From a virus (lineage: Duplodnaviria; Caudoviricetes): a stretch of DNA of 64,000 nucleotides. The stretch spans positions 4,883 through 68,882 of the IMG/VR virus record IMGVR_UViG_3300020048_000120; one strand, 5' to 3'. This document shows, one piece after another, positions 58,479 through 64,000 of the stretch (positions within the stretch are counted from its first letter, which is position 1; each line of letters opens with the position of its first letter). The notes under the pieces were generated by a model. It was not told where the DNA came from and did not search any database. It saw only the letters and a program-made list of their open reading frames with translations. The position numbers and the translations under genes are program-made.

Positions 58479-59453
58479 TTATTGAAAATTTTCAAAAGTT
58501 AATAGTTCTGTAGCTATAGATAATTCATTTTTTATCATATTAAGATAATTGCGATTAAACTCAACAGCACCACCATTCTTACCATATCTTTCAGCTATGC
58601 GATAGATAGTACTATTTTTATATGTGCGTTCATTTATAGCAGTATAAACAATAGCTATCCAAGTAGGAGGATGTTCTATAGCAACAGACATAATCTCTTT
58701 AGCATTTGCTCCATACCAACTATTTTTTACAATAGTCAATAAAACAGCCAAGTTAAAATCTTTTAATCTGACGTTTTCAACTATAGTACTTATATTTTTA
58801 CAGTAGTCGTTAACATCATTTATTGGTGTTATCATATCAAATATTTTAAAGATAAAGTCACTTGGTGCTTTAACTGCCTTTATTGTATGGATAGCCATTT
58901 TCTGTTTAGTATCTTCATCAAATGTACTTTCTTCATTAAACAAAGATTGATAATAGTAACTGGTGATAATGGCAACAGTTGTTTGATCTTTAAAATCTAA
59001 CGCATATATCTTAGAAATAGCTTCAGACAACCATGATGCAAATACTATTCCGGCAAATGACAAACTATTTTTTATTTGAGTTGTACCATCGCTCAACCAT
59101 AATAGATTTAATATAGCTCTACTTTTGGCAAAATTATATTCGGTTAAATTTTTTATACCTTTATCAATATCACCTATACTAGAATCTTTTTTTATAAATA
59201 ATCTTAAATCAGTAAATAGATAATTCTTTTTTTGAAAATTATAAATAGATATTGGATGGGTAAATAAAGGTATATCTGACTCATTATCTAAAATTCCAGT
59301 AATGAAACCAGGTGTAATACCATTGCTATCTTTTACATCTAGTCTAGTAACGCCACCCTGTTTAATAATAGATTCTTTTATCGCATCTATTATATTTGTA
59401 GTAATAAATATAGAACCAACTGTGGTATGATAACTATCTTTAAATATAGACAT
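58479..59453 (-). CDS. Virion structural protein (phiKZ gp28-like)
   Basis: 324 aa, divergent from tail sheath; A.EHPPTW motif. Confidence 0.65.
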   Translation of the reverse strand: MSIFKDSYHTTVGSIFITTNIIDAIKESIIKQGGVTRLDVKDSNGITPGFITGILDNESDIPLFTHPISIYNFQKKNYLFTDLRLFIKKDSSIGDIDKGIKNLTEYNFAKSRAILNLLWLSDGTTQIKNSLSFAGIVFASWLSEAISKIYALDFKDQTTVAIITSYYYQSLFNEESTFDEDTKQKMAIHTIKAVKAPSDFIFKIFDMITPINDVNDYCKNISTIVENVRLKDFNLAVLLTIVKNSWYGANAKEIMSVAIEHPPTWIAIVYTAINERTYKNSTIYRIAERYGKNGGAVEFNRNYLNMIKNELSIATELLTFENFQ

Positions 59454-59498
59454 CTTGTACTCCTAATTGTCAATCTTTAGTTTTTAAGGAAAAAAAAC

Positions 59499-61565
59499 AT
59501 GGCTAATCAAATTGTTAATGCAGCACCTATGGTTATAGATTACGGAACTCAAGATCTGAGTACTCGTCTTCTGCCACGGGAACCGGAATTTATTCCACAA
59601 CATCTACCTAAATTTTTTATTTATGCTCAAAAAGGTCCTACTGAACCTCAATTAGTTGTTGGATCAGAACGAGATCGTATTTATGGAACTGAAACTTTTA
59701 ACCTACGCGGTAAATTTGCAAACCACGCCACCGTATTTGCAAATTTAGTAAATGCTGAAGGTAATTCATGTATGCTGCAACGTGTTGTGCCAGATGATTC
59801 TGGTGAAGAGGCACAGATGACTATTTCGTTATCTGTTACTTCAGCAAATATTGATCTATATGAACGTGCGGCTAATGGTTCTCTTCTTTTAGATTCCAGT
59901 GGTACTCCTATAATTAAAACAGTTTCAGGTGCCCCTCAATCTACTAGCGGTTATAAAATTAAATTTATTGTCTCTAATGATTATAGTGATGGAACTGTAA
60001 CTACGTCAGGTAGTACAACAACATATCCTATTTTTAGTTTTAAAACTAGCAGCATAGGTGAATACGGTAATAACTCAGGTGTTAGAATTTGGGCTCCTAT
60101 TCAAACACCTACTAAAGCTATGCCTACTAAAATGATGAAGGCATATAAAGCATACCCCTACTTTATTTCCGTAGTCAATCGTACAGATAATACAGCTCCT
60201 TTAAAAGTAGTTGAAACTTTATTTGGTGAACAACAAATAATGTGTTCATTTAAAGCTGGTGTATTAGATCCAATTACTGATAAACAAATTAATATTAATG
60301 ATATTTTTATTAATAGTTATCAGAATTTAAATGATCTTCGGTATCCAAAAGTCTTCGGTGAGTTTAAAGATTTTATTGCTTTTGAAGAAAACATTGATAA
60401 TATTGTTGGTTTATTTTATGCTAAAGAAATAGCACATTCTAATACCGCGTATAGTGATTTTAAATCTGGTGTAGATGCAGATGCAAATGAAAAACATTTG
60501 TTTAATTTTGTTAGCTGCGTATCTTCATTTGGTGCTCCTTATCATAGCGTTATTTTTATCGACGATGCTGATTCTGTTAGATTAACTGAATATAGTACCG
60601 TATTTGCTAGAGGTGGTCAAGACGGTACTATTAACGATGAAAAGTTTGCTGTTTTAGTTAAAAATGAAATGGAAGCTTATCTAAATCCAGATAACTTTGT
60701 TCAAGAACTAGCAGTTAATGTTGAATCTATTATTTATGACTCAGGATTTCCGTTAGCTACTAAGTATTCTTTGTGTTCTTTTATAGCTAATCGTAAAGAT
60801 ACTTTTGTAGTGTTAGCTACGCACACTGTTGGAGAGAATGTTTTAGAAGCATCAGAAGAACATTCTATTGCTATTGCGTTACGTACACGTTTACAGATGT
60901 ATCCTGAATCTGATTACTTTGGTACTCCTGTTATGCGTGGCATGATCGTTGGTAGATCTGGTAAATTACGTAATAGTCAATATACTAAATTCTTACCCTT
61001 AACAGCTGAAGTAGCTATTAAGTCAGCTAAATATATGGGTGCTGGAAACGGTAGCTGGAAAAATGGTTCTCATTTTGATGGTGCGCCAGGTAGTATTGTA
61101 AACTACATGACCGATATTAATATTACTTGGGTTTCCACTTCTAGTCGTAATAGAAATTGGGACGTAGGTCTTAATTGGGTACAATCTTATGATCGCAGAT
61201 CGTATTTCTTCCCTGCATTAAAAACAGTATACGATAATGATACATCTGTTCTTAATAGCTACTTTACGGCCTTAGCTATTTGTCAGATTAATAAAGTTTC
61301 ACATGCGGCATGGCGTGAATTTACAGGTGTTTCACATCTTACCAATGCACAACTTGCTGATCGTGTAAACCAATTTGTGATAGCTCGTACTCAGAAGAGA
61401 TTCGATGAAAGATTTGTAATCGTTCCAGATACTCTGTATACTGATATGGACTTATTACGTGGTTTTAGCTGGACTTTACCAGTCAAGATTTATGCGCCTA
61501 ATATGAAGACCGTCATGACGACTTATGTTCAGGCTTATAGAATTGAAGATTTACAAACAGCTTAA
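59499..61565 (+). CDS. Tail sheath protein (phiKZ gp29-like)
   Basis: 688 aa; PQHLPKF, GG.DG and YDSGF motifs; C-terminal LRG.SWTL.VKIYA.NMKTV. Confidence 0.9.
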   Translation: MANQIVNAAPMVIDYGTQDLSTRLLPREPEFIPQHLPKFFIYAQKGPTEPQLVVGSERDRIYGTETFNLRGKFANHATVFANLVNAEGNSCMLQRVVPDDSGEEAQMTISLSVTSANIDLYERAANGSLLLDSSGTPIIKTVSGAPQSTSGYKIKFIVSNDYSDGTVTTSGSTTTYPIFSFKTSSIGEYGNNSGVRIWAPIQTPTKAMPTKMMKAYKAYPYFISVVNRTDNTAPLKVVETLFGEQQIMCSFKAGVLDPITDKQININDIFINSYQNLNDLRYPKVFGEFKDFIAFEENIDNIVGLFYAKEIAHSNTAYSDFKSGVDADANEKHLFNFVSCVSSFGAPYHSVIFIDDADSVRLTEYSTVFARGGQDGTINDEKFAVLVKNEMEAYLNPDNFVQELAVNVESIIYDSGFPLATKYSLCSFIANRKDTFVVLATHTVGENVLEASEEHSIAIALRTRLQMYPESDYFGTPVMRGMIVGRSGKLRNSQYTKFLPLTAEVAIKSAKYMGAGNGSWKNGSHFDGAPGSIVNYMTDINITWVSTSSRNRNWDVGLNWVQSYDRRSYFFPALKTVYDNDTSVLNSYFTALAICQINKVSHAAWREFTGVSHLTNAQLADRVNQFVIARTQKRFDERFVIVPDTLYTDMDLLRGFSWTLPVKIYAPNMKTVMTTYVQAYRIEDLQTA

Positions 61566-61595
61566 TGTCTAATTAATTTAATAAAGGGAATTTTA

Positions 61596-62474
61596 ATGTC
61601 ACGTATTACTGAAGCGATTTTAGGCGATAAAGCATTTGGTGTAGGATCTAAACAACCTATGTTAGATCTAACACACGGTGGTCAGGGTGGTTATACTAAT
61701 GTATTAACCGAATGGGTTAGTAATCAAGCTTATCGTAGAACTAATTTAATACCTATTTTATTAGAAGCACCTAAGTTTTTTACTTTAATGCCACAACCTG
61801 ATAAATGGGTTCAAACCTTAAAATCATTAATAGAACTACATAGTAGAACTATTGAAGGTTTTACTTCTGGTTTGACTGTTGAATTTGATGAGCATCCTAT
61901 TGGTGGTGCTGGTGAAATGCAGCAAGAGTATACTGATGTTAAAAGAGCGCGCTCTGAACCATCTTTTACTTTTGTTGAAAAATATGGAATGCCTATTCAG
62001 ACCTTCTTATATAATTACATCACCTACGGAATGATGGATCCAGATACTAAATATGCTTTAGTTGGTACTTTAGATAAGTCTAAAGTTCCTTCAGATCTAT
62101 TAGCAGATTGGAACACATTTAGTATGTTGTTAATTGAACCAGATCCTACTCAAAGAAAAGTAGTTAAATCTTGGGTAACGACCAACTGTATGCCTAAGGG
62201 TACTGGTGAAATTATCGGCAAACGCGATCTTTCTAGCGCTAGCGAAATACTTACTTTAACTATTGAGTTTACTGGTATTACTCAATTTAATTTAGGTAGT
62301 AATGTTTTTGCACAGAAAATATTAGATGCTATTAATTTGACTAATGCTAATCCGTATCTTCGTCCTTCGTTTATTCAAGATATTGATAAAGATGTTAGTG
62401 CGGCCACTAAAGGTTATAAAAAAGGTGTAGAAGATTTAGGTTCATCTGCATTACCTGGTGTAGCAAAAACGTAA
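61596..62474 (+). CDS. Tail tube protein (phiKZ gp30-like)
   Basis: 292 aa following the sheath; EKYG.PIQ.FL..YI.YGM.DP.TK. Confidence 0.88.
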   Translation: MSRITEAILGDKAFGVGSKQPMLDLTHGGQGGYTNVLTEWVSNQAYRRTNLIPILLEAPKFFTLMPQPDKWVQTLKSLIELHSRTIEGFTSGLTVEFDEHPIGGAGEMQQEYTDVKRARSEPSFTFVEKYGMPIQTFLYNYITYGMMDPDTKYALVGTLDKSKVPSDLLADWNTFSMLLIEPDPTQRKVVKSWVTTNCMPKGTGEIIGKRDLSSASEILTLTIEFTGITQFNLGSNVFAQKILDAINLTNANPYLRPSFIQDIDKDVSAATKGYKKGVEDLGSSALPGVAKT

Positions 62475-62482
62475 AAAAAAAA

Positions 62483-62518
62483 ATAACCCACTGCAGTTGT
62501 AGCTGCAGTGGGTTATTA
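62483..62518. terminator. Bidirectional terminator
   Basis: AATAACCCACTGCAG-TTGTAG-CTGCAGTGGGTTATT between convergent genes. Confidence 0.8.
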
Positions 62519-62527
62519 CTATGTTTC

Positions 62528-62983
62528 TTATTTCAATTTCTCTGTTGCCAGTTCAGCAATCTCTGCACGAATTTGCCGGAATGACGTTGACTTCTTAATC
62601 GACTTAACATCGTATACTGCCCTCAGATCCCCAGTCTTAATGACCGTCGGTGAATCAGGTGTCCGATTGTTGTGATACTCACGAGTACGATCAAGCGAGT
62701 AAGAGATCTCATTACGCCCCATAGGAACGCTCAGAGTGGCCTTTTTCAGGCTTTTATCCTCAGCCATGGCCTCTACTGCCAACTTACCAAACAAACTCCC
62801 TCCAGCAGCGATAAAATCGCTGTTGTAACTCTCCACCTTCGTCACAACTTCTTTCGATAAATCTGACGGCAGGTGTTTGAAATACGAATCTTCGCTAGCT
62901 TTGAATCCACTAGCTTTTTCATATTCAAAATCACCTTCCATGGAGGTGATCAAATTTTTCACGCTGTCTTTTAAATCTTTCAT
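62528..62983 (-). CDS. Conserved phiKZ-like hypothetical protein
   Basis: 151 aa, visibly GC-elevated. Confidence 0.6.
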   Translation of the reverse strand: MKDLKDSVKNLITSMEGDFEYEKASGFKASEDSYFKHLPSDLSKEVVTKVESYNSDFIAAGGSLFGKLAVEAMAEDKSLKKATLSVPMGRNEISYSLDRTREYHNNRTPDSPTVIKTGDLRAVYDVKSIKKSTSFRQIRAEIAELATEKLK

Positions 62984-63010
62984 GATATAATCCTTTAAAT
63001 GTAAATTTAA

Positions 63011-63418
63011 TTAAATCTTTTTACCATTTGCTTTCTTACGGTTTTCCAGTTTGTGGTCTGGACGTTTTGTGTTATAATCCAATTTGTCGATTATAGCACC
63101 CGCAAGATCTAGTTCCATTGCCCCAGACAAATCAGCGATACGTATTACTGCATCAGCTAATTCAACCTCAAACATTTTCCTAGTTTTTAGATGATCATCC
63201 ATAAGATCTTTTCGATGACCCTCTAGAGCTTCTGCTATTTCACTAACGATAAGCATAAGCTTACTAGCTATATGTTCATGGCTCATTGACAGCCTTTCTC
63301 CAGTATGGAGATCGTTCCACCAACCAGCCTCTTTAGAGGCAGTATGGCATTTCTTAACTAGACCATCTAAACCATAGATGATCTCTTTGTTGCTCGCTCC
63401 ATCAAATCCATACCCCAT
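63011..63418 (-). CDS. MazG-like nucleoside-triphosphate pyrophosphohydrolase
   Basis: KLMLIVSEIAEALEGHRK...EVELADAVIRIADL motif. Confidence 0.85.
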   Translation of the reverse strand: MGYGFDGASNKEIIYGLDGLVKKCHTASKEAGWWNDLHTGERLSMSHEHIASKLMLIVSEIAEALEGHRKDLMDDHLKTRKMFEVELADAVIRIADLSGAMELDLAGAIIDKLDYNTKRPDHKLENRKKANGKKI

Positions 63419-63485
63419 TTTACCTTCCTTTACTAAAAATAGATAGCTTTCACTACCTAAATTATAAAGCCCTCTAATTAAAAAA

Positions 63486-63857
63486 CTACAGTTTTTGGAT
63501 TTTATTCCTTTCCATCAATTTTTTCAACTCACTAACTAAAATATCTTTCACTAGTTCATTATCCATGTCTTTAATTCTACAGTAACATGTATCTACATCA
63601 TCTGACATAGGCCACCAAAACGTAGAATAATGCTCTATATTTGAAAATGCTACTATATGTGTAGCTCTATCAATTATAATCAGTTCTCCGTTATTTATAA
63701 TTACAATTGAATTTAATTCAGGAAACCCTCCTATATTGTTCAACACGCTAATAATGTCGTCATCATGAGATAGCTTCTTTATATCGGCAGAGTCTACAAA
63801 ATACCGTTTAACTAATCCATAATCGGACAACTTATCTAAGTATCTATTTGAATTCAT
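63486..63857 (-). CDS. Hypothetical protein
   Basis: 123 aa with GAGGT SD. Confidence 0.5.
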   Translation of the reverse strand: MNSNRYLDKLSDYGLVKRYFVDSADIKKLSHDDDIISVLNNIGGFPELNSIVIINNGELIIIDRATHIVAFSNIEHYSTFWWPMSDDVDTCYCRIKDMDNELVKDILVSELKKLMERNKIQKL

Positions 63858-63886
63858 TTCACTACCTCTTTCATATGAAAAAATAC

Positions 63887-64000
63887 TTATTTAATAATAC
63901 ACCAGTCTTTTGCTAACATATCCTTTATACTAGGATTCCATGGCCATGTAATGTAAGGAACATTATCGCCATTTGAATAAAACTCTAACTCTAGATAAGG
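63887..64000 (-). CDS. DUF2829/Tad2-like protein, C-terminal 37 aa only (runs off the right edge)
   Basis: Not in the ORF track; hand translation PYLELEFYSNGDNVPYITWPWNPSIKDMLAKDWCIIK* carries the W.PS..D(M/L)LA.DW signature. Confidence 0.7.
   Translation of the reverse strand, partial: PYLELEFYSNGDNVPYITWPWNPSIKDMLAKDWCIIK

Noticed and set aside
1-64000. Stop-codon reassignment as in some large phages
   Set aside because: Long core genes are intact under the standard code, end in TAA, TAG and TGA, and pack tightly; no suppressor tRNA seen.

Overview
This 64 kb window comes from an AT-rich (about 30% GC by eye) phiKZ-like, nucleus-forming jumbo phage (chimallivirus); the host cannot be determined. 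Core genes present: chimallin (ChmA) shell protein, PhuZ tubulin, probable ChmC and PicA/Imp1, four non-virion RNA polymerase subunits (gp55-, gp68-, gp71-73- and a truncated gp74-like), a family B DNA polymerase subunit, an SbcD-like nuclease, terminase large subunit, tail sheath and tube, and baseplate-like proteins. The beta-like RNAP gene is split by a group I intron (1230-2500) carrying an HNH homing endonuclease. The most unusual region is a roughly 2.8 kb RNA operon (38.2-41.0 kb). It holds tRNA-Ile2(CAU), a degenerate tRNA(CAU), tRNA-Arg(UCU), and a tRNA-Leu(UAA) split by a second, ORF-less group I intron that itself contains a tRNA-like domain. The same operon has a second tRNA-like RNA (226 nt) and a pseudoknotted RNA of about 180 nt. 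Leftward genes share a bipartite promoter (TTTCTAA-N14-ATATACTTTA), two families of covarying structured 5' leaders, and terminators with a conserved loop. Other items: a GC-rich early-type island, modular beta-propeller/Fn3 surface proteins sharing an N-terminal module, octapeptide-repeat proteins, nested inverted repeats at a transcription divergence point, and a truncated DUF2829/Tad2-like ORF at the right edge. All family assignments come from motif recognition and synteny; no database searches or folding programs were run.
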